Part shown: positions 1 to 8,603 of the stretch, piece by piece
Numbering within the stretch: the stretch's first letter is position 1
Layout of the letters: each line of letters begins with the position of its first letter
IMG/VR virus record: IMGVR_UViG_3300028883_000006
From: an uncultured virus (IMG/VR IMGVR_UViG_3300028883_000006)
Lineage: Duplodnaviria > Heunggongvirae > Uroviricota > Caudoviricetes
Direction: 5' to 3' (one strand)
DNA length: 20,000 nucleotides
Notes under the pieces: generated by a model
What the model was told of the DNA's origin: nothing
Databases searched by the model: none
The model's input: only the letters and a program-made list of their open reading frames with translations
Program-made: the position numbers and the translations under genes

Positions 1-2
1 AT

Positions 3-470
3 TATGCTGTTGTCGTTGAAGGGGAAACACACCTGAACAGAACGGTAATAAAATCTTCATTGCAATTCTTCACCTTAGAAGGAGGATACGATTTTTGTCA
101 CCCCTGGGGTAAGGCAAAGGCTTATGCAGAAGCTATTGCGGAAGGGCTTAATCGCAGCGAACAGGAAAAGGCCCAACCTAAAAACAATGAGGCTACAATC
201 TCAGAACACACACCCGGAGAATGGAAGAGTTACCAAACCGAGAAAGGGTATAGCATTGAATCAACATCGGAAAGCGGATCATTAATCCCAGTAGCTACAA
301 TTCACAGGTTTTATAAAAATTCACAAGCCAACGCCAAACTCATAGCAGCCGCACCTGATCTACTTGAGGCTTGTAAACTATTCCTTGAATTTGATAAGCA
401 AGGTGGATTGGATTTAAGACAAAAAGTATTTAATGCAGTTGATAAAGCAATCAAAAAAGCAACAGAATGA
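3..470 (+). CDS. Conserved phage hypothetical protein ('HTPGEW...ANAKLIAAAPDLLEA' family), 5'-truncated by the window edge
   Basis: The frame is open from base 3 (YAVVVEGETHLNR...), so the 60 start is probably not the true start. The C-terminal HTPGxW / ANAxLIAAAPDLLEA motif is common in phage early-region proteins. ATGA overlap with the next gene. Confidence 0.75.
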   Translation, partial: YAVVVEGETHLNRTVIKSSLQFFTLEGGYDFCHPWGKAKAYAEAIAEGLNRSEQEKAQPKNNEATISEHTPGEWKSYQTEKGYSIESTSESGSLIPVATIHRFYKNSQANAKLIAAAPDLLEACKLFLEFDKQGGLDLRQKVFNAVDKAIKKATE

Positions 471-739
471 ATACAGCAACCAAGAAACCTTATGTACTTC
501 AAAAAGATATCCAGGCTGAGTGTAAGGAAGTAAACAGTAAGCTCGGAAGGTATCTATATGTTCCGTATTACAAGAATATCAAGGGAAGGGCAACGTATGC
601 TGACCGGTTATTCAAGTACGCTATTGTTGAAGTGAATGAAGGGGTAACGTCAATAATATATCTCAGGAGCAAACCATTAAATATACCTGCCTTTGTGTAT
701 GATGATCCCTCCCTGTATATAATAACCATTAAACAATAA
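467..739 (+). CDS. Hypothetical protein (90 aa)
   Basis: ATGA coupling to the upstream gene; fills the operon gap. No motif recognised. Confidence 0.65.
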   Translation: MNTATKKPYVLQKDIQAECKEVNSKLGRYLYVPYYKNIKGRATYADRLFKYAIVEVNEGVTSIIYLRSKPLNIPAFVYDDPSLYIITIKQ

Positions 740-754
740 CTAAAAGAAAATATT

Positions 755-1912
755 ATGGATGATCCAAAAAAAACTGTAGAAGAAGCCAAGAGAAAGGCAT
801 CCCAGTCGGGAAGTCAGGCTCTTGCAAAGGCTCAGACCAAAGGTACTATGAAAGGATTAAACTCCACAGATATAGGTACCGTTCTTAGTGGTTACAAGAG
901 CCAGATTGAGAAAGTTATCCCGAAGCACCTGACAGCAGAGAGGATGATACAAATGGCAACCACACTTATAGCCAGGAACCCACGAATAGCCGAATGTACT
1001 GCATCGTCTGTTGTGGGTTCTGTTGTTTCTGCATCTATATTGGGGTTTCCCCCGGTACAAGAACTTGGTTATTGCTATTTCGTCCCTTACAGGCGTAATA
1101 TCGGAACGAAGTCCAGTCCCAACTATGTGAAGGAATTGCAATTTCAGATAGGCTACAAGGGCCATATGGAACTTGCCAGGAGGAGTTCGCAGATTAAAAG
1201 TATTCATGCCGAAGTGGTAAGGGAAGGAGATGAGTTCAAATATCAGCTTGGTTTAAACCCTGAACTTAAACATATCCCGGATGCAGATATTAACGCAATG
1301 GTTACTCATGCTTATGCTGTTGCTCATTACAAAGACGGTGGATACAATTTTGTTGTTCTCACCAGGAACCAGATTGAAGCACTCAGATTAAGAAGTCCGG
1401 GGCAGTCAGCAGGCAAGCCTTCAGATGTATGGGCAACCGACTATGACAAGATGGCAATGGCTAAGGCTGTCAAGCAACTCAGTAAGTTTCTTCCTATCTC
1501 AATCGATTACCATGAGAATCTTATCGCTGACGAGAAGGTTATACACCTGGAAGATATCGAGGAAGGAAAGATAAAGATTGAGAACCTGGAGGGTGATATT
1601 ACAGACCTCAATGATGTTCAGACTGCAGAGGAAGTGAAAGACGATGAGCCGGATAAAGAAGAAATGGAATTGATAAGGGAGGCAGGAGAACTTTTTGACG
1701 GACAAATCCTTCCGAAAGAAAAAGGAGAGTTAAGAAAGGCTATTGAAACCAGAAAAAAGATCATCAGCGAGTATGCAAAATACTGGCCTGATGTTGTTCC
1801 TGACATTTCTAAAGATAGCTCCTGGTTCCAGAAGGAAACAGAGAGGCGTAAGAAAGCAAATGAAAGTCAAATCAAAATACCTGTTAAAGATGACAACAAA
1901 GACGCAAAGTAA
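755..1912 (+). CDS. recT: RecT-family single-strand annealing recombinase with a C-terminal extension
   Basis: RecT motifs: 'IAECTASSVVGSV..AS.LG', 'GYCYFVPY', 'LQFQIGYKG', 'AEVVREGDEFKYQLG', 'W.TDYDKMA'. A YqaJ exonuclease gene lies nearby. Confidence 0.93.
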   Translation: MDDPKKTVEEAKRKASQSGSQALAKAQTKGTMKGLNSTDIGTVLSGYKSQIEKVIPKHLTAERMIQMATTLIARNPRIAECTASSVVGSVVSASILGFPPVQELGYCYFVPYRRNIGTKSSPNYVKELQFQIGYKGHMELARRSSQIKSIHAEVVREGDEFKYQLGLNPELKHIPDADINAMVTHAYAVAHYKDGGYNFVVLTRNQIEALRLRSPGQSAGKPSDVWATDYDKMAMAKAVKQLSKFLPISIDYHENLIADEKVIHLEDIEEGKIKIENLEGDITDLNDVQTAEEVKDDEPDKEEMELIREAGELFDGQILPKEKGELRKAIETRKKIISEYAKYWPDVVPDISKDSSWFQKETERRKKANESQIKIPVKDDNKDAK

Positions 1913-2969
1913 AGAGATTAAGGTGGCCTACAAGCCACTTACCCCTTACCCCAATATAAGGGAAGAATTACAGCAGATGGTTCAGGACTACAAAGATACA
2001 GTAGTCAATGAGGACACATTTGAGGATGCTAAGAAGGTTCGGGCCACAATCCGGGAAAAGAGGTATCTCATTCAGAACATTGGAAAGGACAATGCCTCTA
2101 CCATTGCCCAGGTAAGCAAGCTGAATAAGAAAACTGCCGAGGACCTGATTAATATAATAAAGCCGGTGGAGGACAGGATCCATGAGGAGATAAAAGCCAT
2201 AGAGGACAGGAAAGAAGCTGAGAAAGCCGAGAGAGAACGCAAGGACCAGGAAAGAAGGAGGGTACTTGCAGATAAGGCAAACGATATTAAGCTGTATGTC
2301 CTTGAGAGGATATCCAATGGCCTCACCTCAGACCAGGCAGCCGAGTTGCTTGCAACCCTTTCTGATATGGAAATCACCGAAGATAAGTTTGAGGACTTTT
2401 TCTTCATAGCAGAGGCAAACCACAGGGAGATGATTGAACTCCTGGGGAAAAAGATAGAGGAACTGAAAGTAAAAGAAGCAGAGGAATATGAGAAAGTGAA
2501 GGAGGAATATTTCGAGTGGTGTCCTGAAATGGTTTATACCCCCGAGATGACAATAGAGGACATGAGAGCCAACATTAAGGTGGCACAGGATAATACAAGG
2601 AAGTTAGCTGATAAGGCCAGAAAAGAGGCTGAGAAGAAGGAGAAAGAGGCAAAACTGTATGATGCTGCAAGGCAAGCCTACATAGAATACTTTAAGAAGG
2701 AGCCAAAAGAAAATGCTCCTGCATCACAGTTGATAATGCTTATAGAGGAAGATAAGAAAGCTGAGAAGAATAAGACTGACCAGGAGAGGCAGGAGAGGCT
2801 GGAAAGGGACAAAAAACTTCTTACGGCCACTTTTCTTCATTACACCAAGTATTTCTCTGCTAAAGACGAGGAACTGGAAAACCAGGAGACTATTGAGTTG
2901 CATGATGCCTTTAGGAGTGACTTAAATAAATTAGCCCAAAGCTATCTTGATAAACTTCACAATCTATAA
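1890..2969 (+). CDS. Long coiled-coil protein (DUF1351-like) with two internal helix-extension-helix-like repeats
   Basis: E/K/R-rich helical sequence between recT and yqaJ. ATG at 1890 (MTTKTQ) is preferred over 1743, which would overlap recT by about 170 nt. Confidence 0.75.
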   Translation: MTTKTQSKEIKVAYKPLTPYPNIREELQQMVQDYKDTVVNEDTFEDAKKVRATIREKRYLIQNIGKDNASTIAQVSKLNKKTAEDLINIIKPVEDRIHEEIKAIEDRKEAEKAERERKDQERRRVLADKANDIKLYVLERISNGLTSDQAAELLATLSDMEITEDKFEDFFFIAEANHREMIELLGKKIEELKVKEAEEYEKVKEEYFEWCPEMVYTPEMTIEDMRANIKVAQDNTRKLADKARKEAEKKEKEAKLYDAARQAYIEYFKKEPKENAPASQLIMLIEEDKKAEKNKTDQERQERLERDKKLLTATFLHYTKYFSAKDEELENQETIELHDAFRSDLNKLAQSYLDKLHNL

Positions 2970-2971
2970 TT

Positions 2972-3934
2972 ATGCATACAGCAGTAAAGAAGTATATCCC
3001 CAAAGATCAGGATGATTGGCTGCAGCAAAGGAGTAAGTCCATTGGTGGTAGTGAGATCGCTACCATCATGGGCCTAAACCCCTTCCAGACACCTTACGAG
3101 TTTTGGTTGCAAAAGACTGGCAGAACACCCAGGTTTGAAGGCAATATCTATACCAAAGCAGGTATTCATCTGGAGGAAGCTATTGCAAGGTACTGGTCCG
3201 AAGAAACAGGTCTAAGTATCATTAAATCATCCGAGCAGGATATTATCTATATACATCCGAAATACAGTTTCATTACCGGTACCCCTGACAGGAAGTATTG
3301 GATTGAAACCAAGTATGGGGTACAGGTTGATAAGGGGATCCTGGAATGTAAAGCTGTCCAATGGGATCCTGATGTTAATAAGGACACCCTGGAAGGATTA
3401 CCTGACTCATGGTTCTGCCAGGCACAGGTTTATATGGGCCTTACCGGATGTAATAAGGCTTATATAGCATGGCTTAAGAGGGGATTATACCTTGATTATG
3501 TTGAAATAGCCTTTGATGAGTCATTCTATAATAAAAGTGTTGAGTTTGCTGTCCAGTGGTACCAGAACCATATTGTAAACGACAAACCCCCTAAGGCTGT
3601 CAATTCATCCGATATCGAGAAAATATTTAAGTCTCATAAGGAATATAAATCTTATGAGGCTACAGAGGAAATATTCAATCAATGGGAAAGAGCTAAGGAG
3701 TTAAAGAAATCCATATCAGAGGCTTATAATGAACTGAATGTTATCACCGAAGATATAAAGATGAAACTCCGGGATGCCGAAGCCTTTAAGTATAACGGAG
3801 ATACCTTATTCACCTGGAGGAAGGCAAATGATTCAGCTAAGTTGGATACCGATATCCTTAAAAAAAGATACCCTGAGATCTACCAGGAGTGCCTGAGAAA
3901 AGAACCAGGGATAAGAAGGTTTTTAATCAAATAG
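2972..3934 (+). CDS. yqaJ: YqaJ-like viral recombinase / lambda-exonuclease family 5'-3' exonuclease
   Basis: 'WLQQRSKSIGGSEIATIMGLNPFQTPYEFW', 'GTPD', 'LECK' and 'QAQVYM' match the YqaJ PD-(D/E)xK motifs. Confidence 0.92.
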   Translation: MHTAVKKYIPKDQDDWLQQRSKSIGGSEIATIMGLNPFQTPYEFWLQKTGRTPRFEGNIYTKAGIHLEEAIARYWSEETGLSIIKSSEQDIIYIHPKYSFITGTPDRKYWIETKYGVQVDKGILECKAVQWDPDVNKDTLEGLPDSWFCQAQVYMGLTGCNKAYIAWLKRGLYLDYVEIAFDESFYNKSVEFAVQWYQNHIVNDKPPKAVNSSDIEKIFKSHKEYKSYEATEEIFNQWERAKELKKSISEAYNELNVITEDIKMKLRDAEAFKYNGDTLFTWRKANDSAKLDTDILKKRYPEIYQECLRKEPGIRRFLIK

Positions 3935-3942
3935 GTTATAAT

Positions 3943-4629
3943 ATGGCAAAGGAGCTTCCATACTTTCGGTTCACGCCCCAGGAATGGCAAAACGGCAATA
4001 TATCTATGCTGTCAGATACTCATAAGGGGTTGTTTATTGATATCTGTTGCTGGTACTGGATTAAAGATTGTAGCATAACTCAAGCAATGCTTAAGCTCCG
4101 CTTCAAGCAAAATGAAAATTTGCTTAAGCAACTATTCGAGTATGGTATAATTACTACCAATGATAACGATGAATTTATAGCAATAAAGTTCCTTGATGAA
4201 CAGTTTGACCAACTTTCAACGATACGGAAACTCAGACAGGATGCAGGTTGTAAGGGGGGTAAGCAAAGGGCAAGCAATGCTAAAGCAAAAGTCAAGCAAA
4301 TGCTTAAGCAAAAGTCAAGCTATAAAGATAAAGATAAAGATAAAGATATAAAGAAAGAAGAAATATTAAAGAAGAAAGAAAAAACACAACTTAATAAAAT
4401 ACCTCCATTACTGGAAGATGTAAAAGCCTATTGCAAGGAACGTGGTAAGGGAGTGGATCCTGAGAAGTGGTATAATCACTATGAGGCTAAAGGATGGATG
4501 ATAGGTAAGAATAAGATGAAGGACTGGAGGGCTGCCGTAAGGACCTGGGAGGACAGTAATGGGGATGATAGTAGTAAAAAAGCAGTTGTTATTTCTCCTG
4601 AAGAAGTATTAAGCGGGAGGTACAGATGA
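3943..4629 (+). CDS. Phage replication initiator (lambda O-like architecture: N-terminal DNA-binding domain, iteron-containing linker, C-terminal domain)
   Basis: 'MAKELPYFRF...W..G.I' N-terminus, KDKDKDKD linker and 'PP.LEDVKAYC..R....DPEKW..HYEAKGW.IGKNKMKDWRAAVRTWE' C-terminus. Lies directly upstream of dnaB with ATGA overlap. Start placed at ATG 3943. Confidence 0.85.
   Translation: MAKELPYFRFTPQEWQNGNISMLSDTHKGLFIDICCWYWIKDCSITQAMLKLRFKQNENLLKQLFEYGIITTNDNDEFIAIKFLDEQFDQLSTIRKLRQDAGCKGGKQRASNAKAKVKQMLKQKSSYKDKDKDKDIKKEEILKKKEKTQLNKIPPLLEDVKAYCKERGKGVDPEKWYNHYEAKGWMIGKNKMKDWRAAVRTWEDSNGDDSSKKAVVISPEEVLSGRYR
4081..4382. repeat. Putative replication origin: iterons followed by an A-rich tract
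   Basis: CAAGCAATGCTTAAGC (4081-4096), palindrome TTGCTTAAGCAA (4120-4131), CAAGCAATGCTAAAGCAAAAGT (4271-4292), CAAGCAAATGCTTAAGCAAAAGT (4293-4315), then (AAAGAT)x4 at 4324-4347 and an A-rich run. Confidence 0.75.
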
Positions 4630-6014
4630 AAAACCTTGACAATATAGGAAAGATACCTCCACAGGCTGTAGATATCGAGGAATATGTACTGGGTACATTG
4701 CTGACAGACATGGATGCTTATGACAATATAGCAAAGATACTAACTGCCGAAATGTTCTATAAAGCGGTACACCAGCAAATATTTTCTATCATAGTTTATC
4801 TTTTCAATAACAGTAAGCCTACAGATCTGTTAACCGTAACCGAACACTTACGCAAAAAGGGAATACTGGATGATATAGGTGGCCCGATGTACCTGGTTAA
4901 ACTGACCGAGAAATTTCAATCAAGCAGGTTAATAGAACATCATGCCCTGATAGTCAAAGAAAAATACATGAAACGGCAACTCATTAAGGTTAGTAGTGAG
5001 ATTAATTCAATGGCTTATGATGAAACCAATGATCTGCAGGACCTTATCAATTTTGCTGAAAAGAGTTTGTTTGCCCTGACTGAGAACATGACGGCAAAAG
5101 ATCCCAGGAAACTATTAGACATCAACATTGAATACGTTGAGAAATTATCAGAGATTGCTAAGAGAGAGGTAAGATTATCAGGTGTACCAAGTGGACTGAC
5201 CAGGGTAGATCGCATATCACTGGGATGGCAACAATCTGACCTGATTATAATGGCAGCAAGACCATCAATGGGTAAAACAGCACTGGCCCTGCAGCTTGCT
5301 AAGAACGCAGCATCATTCAATGTGCCGGTTCTATTCTTCTCAGTTGAGATGGCAGAGGAACAACTTGCAATGAGGATGATTAGTAATGATACCGGTATTG
5401 ATAGTCGATACCTTAAAATTGCCAAAGATCTTGATTGGGAAAAGATTGACGAAACAATATACAAATCATACAACCAGAATATTTATATTGATGATACACC
5501 TTCGATCAGTGTTTATTCGATACGCAGCTTAATCCGAAAGTATAAGAGGAAATATAATATCGGCCTTGTCGTGGTGGATTATATCCAGCTATGCAAGGGG
5601 GATCCTTCCTATAAAAGGGACAGAAACCTGGAGGTTGGTAGTATAACCAAGACTCTTAAGGCTGCAGCGAAAGAAACAAAGGTGCCTATCATCGCCCTAT
5701 CACAGCTAAACAGGGATATAGAAAAGAGATCATCACACCCATTTCCTATACTATCAGACCTAAGAGATTCAGGTGAGATAGAACAAGATGCAGATGTAGT
5801 GATATTCCCTACCAGGATATGCAGATTACCGGATCATATTCAGAATAATGATGAGTGGGTTAACCATAAAGAACACGCTGTAATACAGTTTGCCAAGCAT
5901 CGTAATGGTGCTACAGGAGGGGTGTTTATTAATGTTTCAAGTGATGCATCCCGGTGGGAAGATATTGATGCCACCATATATAGCACAGAAGAAGAAAAGA
6001 ATATACCATTTTAA
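4626..6014 (+). CDS. dnaB: Replicative DNA helicase DnaB
   Basis: 'GKIPPQAVDIEE.VLG' N-domain, Walker A 'AARPSMGKT', 'FFSVEM', Walker B 'VVVDYIQL', 'LSQLNR', 'LSDLRDSGEIEQDAD', 'KHRNG'. Confidence 0.97.
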   Translation: MKNLDNIGKIPPQAVDIEEYVLGTLLTDMDAYDNIAKILTAEMFYKAVHQQIFSIIVYLFNNSKPTDLLTVTEHLRKKGILDDIGGPMYLVKLTEKFQSSRLIEHHALIVKEKYMKRQLIKVSSEINSMAYDETNDLQDLINFAEKSLFALTENMTAKDPRKLLDINIEYVEKLSEIAKREVRLSGVPSGLTRVDRISLGWQQSDLIIMAARPSMGKTALALQLAKNAASFNVPVLFFSVEMAEEQLAMRMISNDTGIDSRYLKIAKDLDWEKIDETIYKSYNQNIYIDDTPSISVYSIRSLIRKYKRKYNIGLVVVDYIQLCKGDPSYKRDRNLEVGSITKTLKAAAKETKVPIIALSQLNRDIEKRSSHPFPILSDLRDSGEIEQDADVVIFPTRICRLPDHIQNNDEWVNHKEHAVIQFAKHRNGATGGVFINVSSDASRWEDIDATIYSTEEEKNIPF

Positions 6015-6033
6015 TCATTAATAAAGGGCAATT

Positions 6034-6231
6034 ATGGATAATAAGAAAGTTAATTCAAAAGAAATACACGAAACAATACTCCAGGTAATGAGTGATATCA
6101 AAACCTTATACCAGGACCAGACGGAGTATAAGCCAATAATGATGAACCTTACAACTGTGGCTAAAGAAGTTAATGCTATAAGGATAAGGGAAATAACAGG
6201 TGAGTTGAACGGTAGTACAACACAAACATAA
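6034..6231 (+). CDS. Hypothetical protein (65 aa)
   Basis: Co-oriented ORF filling the gap after dnaB. Confidence 0.6.
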   Translation: MDNKKVNSKEIHETILQVMSDIKTLYQDQTEYKPIMMNLTTVAKEVNAIRIREITGELNGSTTQT

Positions 6232-6245
6232 AGGAGGATAAAGAA

Positions 6246-6644
6246 ATGATAACATCAACTACAAATTTAAAAGACAAATTTTCTTATATGAGCTTTCCGG
6301 GGATCATTAAGAGAATTACACTGACAGAAGCTATCTGTCAGGAATGGGAATTAGATACTAAGACTTACACAGACCATTATAGATGCAGGCGAAAAGAATT
6401 TTCTATTCCCAGGTTCTTCCATCGTTACGTACTTGATATTGAGTTGGGGTACGGCCCCACAAGGACAGGTATGTATTTTGGTGTATCCCATAGCACGATT
6501 ATTATGAGCAGACCGGCACATAACAACATGATGGATACAAACAAGGAATATCGTGCAAAGGTTGAGAATGTAATGAAAGCCTTAGAGAGTGGTTTAATAC
6601 TTACTCCAGAAGATATTGACCTTAACTCAGATACAGCAGCTTAA
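6246..6644 (+). CDS. DnaA C-terminal (domain IV)-like HTH DNA-binding protein
   Basis: 'RRKEFSIPRFFHRYVL...LGYGPTRTGMYFGVSHSTIIMS' resembles the DnaA domain IV pattern R....R...Y......S...IG..F.RDH(S/T)TV. AAGGAGG lies upstream at 6231-6237. Confidence 0.65.
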   Translation: MITSTTNLKDKFSYMSFPGIIKRITLTEAICQEWELDTKTYTDHYRCRRKEFSIPRFFHRYVLDIELGYGPTRTGMYFGVSHSTIIMSRPAHNNMMDTNKEYRAKVENVMKALESGLILTPEDIDLNSDTAA

Positions 6645-6656
6645 TAAACTAAATAT

Positions 6657-6857
6657 ATGAACATAGATCTTAAAGAAGGCGATTATGCTTACATAGAGTG
6701 GAACGGTACCCAGTACGTTAAGAAAACACATTATCATATCGTTGAAGTGACGGATAAGATTGTGAAGGTCCGGGTACCTGGTTCATACATATACCACGAA
6801 ATACCAATTAAAGACATAAAGGTTTACAGGGTGATACAATTAAAAGGAGATATATGA
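6657..6857 (+). CDS. Small beta-rich hypothetical protein (SH3/KOW-like)
   Basis: 'LKEGDYAYI...IVEVTDKIVKVRV' pattern; co-oriented in the operon. Confidence 0.6.
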   Translation: MNIDLKEGDYAYIEWNGTQYVKKTHYHIVEVTDKIVKVRVPGSYIYHEIPIKDIKVYRVIQLKGDI

Positions 6858-6949
6858 TTACGATAGTTATTTTTTTAATGATAGGGATTGTGATAGGGAT
6901 TATTATTATTGCTAAGATCGCCGACAGTCCTAATAATGACTTTGATTGA
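6854..6949 (+). CDS. Small single-pass membrane peptide (31 aa, MITIVIFLMIGIVIGIIIIAKIADSPNNDFD); not in the ORF track
   Basis: ATGA overlap with the upstream stop, AAGGAG upstream, and about 20 consecutive hydrophobic residues. Confidence 0.6.
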   Translation: MITIVIFLMIGIVIGIIIIAKIADSPNNDFD

Positions 6950-6993
6950 AACAATACTAATAATGAGTTGAAATTATATAAAAGTTAATCATT

Positions 6994-7674
6994 ATGAAAG
7001 GGATAATGTTCAAAGAGGATCTGTTCCAGGCTATCATAGAGGGCCGGAAAACACAGACCAGGAGGACCGGAGGATTAGATATCATCAATGACGGACCACC
7101 TGATGACTGGGGGTATGACGGCAATCCTTTGGACCGGGTAAAGTTACTTGGTTGGGAGGAGGATCCCCTGGTGGTAAATGAGAATGATGATAGCAATGAG
7201 CCTATACAGTGGAAGGGGCTATATCCTATGTTCGAGGTTCCCTGGTGGGATTACGAGATAGGATATTTCAAGCCCAGGTATAAAGAAGGGGAAATACTTT
7301 ACCTGAAGGAGCCTTATCGCATAGGTATTATGAAAGAACTTATGTATGCTTATGATAAGCAGCCACAGGTCCGGGAGGTCTTAAAATGGAAGAACAAAAT
7401 GTTCATGCCGGAGAAATACGCCAGGTACTTTATCGAGATAAACAGGGTAAGGGTAGAGAGGCTTCAGGATATATTAGAAGAAGATGCAATCCGGGAAGGC
7501 TTTATGAGTACTGCTGTGCTTACTCCAGATATGTTAGATTATAGGGGGTTTTATCCCTCAGAACATTTTAGAGAGAAATGGGGAACCATTAATGGCCCCG
7601 GATCCTGGGAGAAGAACCCCTGGGTGTGGGTGTATGAGTTTAAACTGAATACTAATCAAAACATAGTCAAATGA
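6994..7674 (+). CDS. Phage ASCH/PUA-domain protein
   Basis: 'I.F......AIIEGRKTQTRR', 'GEILYLKEP', 'MFMP...AR..IEI..VRVERLQDI.EEDA..EG' and 'SW.KNPWVWVYEF' match the phage ASCH family. Confidence 0.88.
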   Translation: MKGIMFKEDLFQAIIEGRKTQTRRTGGLDIINDGPPDDWGYDGNPLDRVKLLGWEEDPLVVNENDDSNEPIQWKGLYPMFEVPWWDYEIGYFKPRYKEGEILYLKEPYRIGIMKELMYAYDKQPQVREVLKWKNKMFMPEKYARYFIEINRVRVERLQDILEEDAIREGFMSTAVLTPDMLDYRGFYPSEHFREKWGTINGPGSWEKNPWVWVYEFKLNTNQNIVK

Positions 7675-8024
7675 AAACACGAAATGTATTACTGTTATTA
7701 GCTGTCACCCTTTTGTTAGCAATGGTTTCATCGCATCCTGGTCCTGAAAAGGATGAGCCGGTTGTAGATAAGGTAGAGATGTTTGTTTGCCCTTTATGTG
7801 GCGATCTGCACCCTGTAGAGAGACAGGGCGATTACTTAATCTTTAAATGTGACTGTGGGTTTGAAGATGTTGCATATATGCCCCAGGCGACATTTAGAGA
7901 TGATCCCCCTGCAGGACTGGATCCTGATGTTGAATGTACCGACTGGGAATATTACGGTGACTATGCTTGCCAGTGGTGTTCTAAGGATGGAGGCCCCTGG
8001 GTTTATACCTGTGTTGAAATATAA
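7671..8024 (+). CDS. Secreted or membrane-anchored Cys-rich protein
   Basis: N-terminal 'MKTRNVLLLLAVTLLLAMVSS' signal-like segment and 8 Cys (CPLC, CDC, CQWC plus two single). ATGA overlap. Confidence 0.7.
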   Translation: MKTRNVLLLLAVTLLLAMVSSHPGPEKDEPVVDKVEMFVCPLCGDLHPVERQGDYLIFKCDCGFEDVAYMPQATFRDDPPAGLDPDVECTDWEYYGDYACQWCSKDGGPWVYTCVEI

Positions 8025-8036
8025 TAAAGAAATAGC

Positions 8037-8603
8037 ATGAATATTTTACCAGTCAGGCATCCAGCAGAGAGTGAATATGATATGCAAGATGATATAGCAC
8101 ACACTTTATCAATAAGGCAATGGTATAATCAGTCTGGATATGAATATCATAATGGAGAGGTGTTTAGAGAAGTTAAGATCCCTGATATCGGTAGAATATC
8201 TGATATAATAGTCTTTGTTACCGACAGGAAGATAATAAATGTTGAATGTAAACTATTGGATTATACTACTGTGTTAGAACAAGCAAAAGATCATCTCAAG
8301 TGGTGTGATTACTCATATATCTGCCTTCATGCAGATGCTTATATCCCTGGTTACATAACTTATAAAATTCTTAAAGCAGGGATAGGGTTGATAGCTTGGA
8401 GGAAGGGAGAGAAACCGACTGAGGTAATTCAGGCATATTGGAATAAAAATAAGGATAAGGAATTAAGAACACAGGTGTTGGCTATTTTAAAGAAGAAGAA
8501 AAAAGATAAGAAAAGAGAAGCCGAGGCAAGCAAACACATACAGAATGAAATAAACTATGATTATGGAACAGAGAGCAGTAAAAAAGAAGGAAGTAAGGCT
8601 TAA
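8037..8603 (+). CDS. PD-(D/E)xK nuclease (MmcB-like)
   Basis: 'E..MQ', 'REV.....RISDII', 'VECK' and 'QA..H..WCDYSYI' fit the restriction-endonuclease-like fold. Confidence 0.75.
   Translation: MNILPVRHPAESEYDMQDDIAHTLSIRQWYNQSGYEYHNGEVFREVKIPDIGRISDIIVFVTDRKIINVECKLLDYTTVLEQAKDHLKWCDYSYICLHADAYIPGYITYKILKAGIGLIAWRKGEKPTEVIQAYWNKNKDKELRTQVLAILKKKKKDKKREAEASKHIQNEINYDYGTESSKKEGSKA

Noticed and set aside
715..729. Further copy of the palindromic box (TAATAACCAT)
   Set aside because: Half-site only, with no GG arm and no partner box at 21 bp.
1743..1889. Upstream extension of the coiled-coil ORF
   Set aside because: Overlaps recT by about 170 nt; ATG 1890 gives a normal short overlap.
3889..3942. 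Upstream start for the replication initiator
   Set aside because: Overlaps yqaJ; the family-like N-terminus begins at MAKELPYF (3943).
4261..4347. Possible CRISPR or mini-array
   Set aside because: Repeats abut without unique spacers and lie in frame in the initiator gene; they fit iterons.
3364..7931. 13-bp repeat GGATCCTGATGTT at 3364 and 7919
   Set aside because: Both copies encode DPDV inside unrelated genes; likely chance given GGATCC enrichment.
7788..7980. c-type cytochrome call for the Cys-rich exported protein
   Set aside because: CPLCG and CQWCS lack the His of CxxCH.
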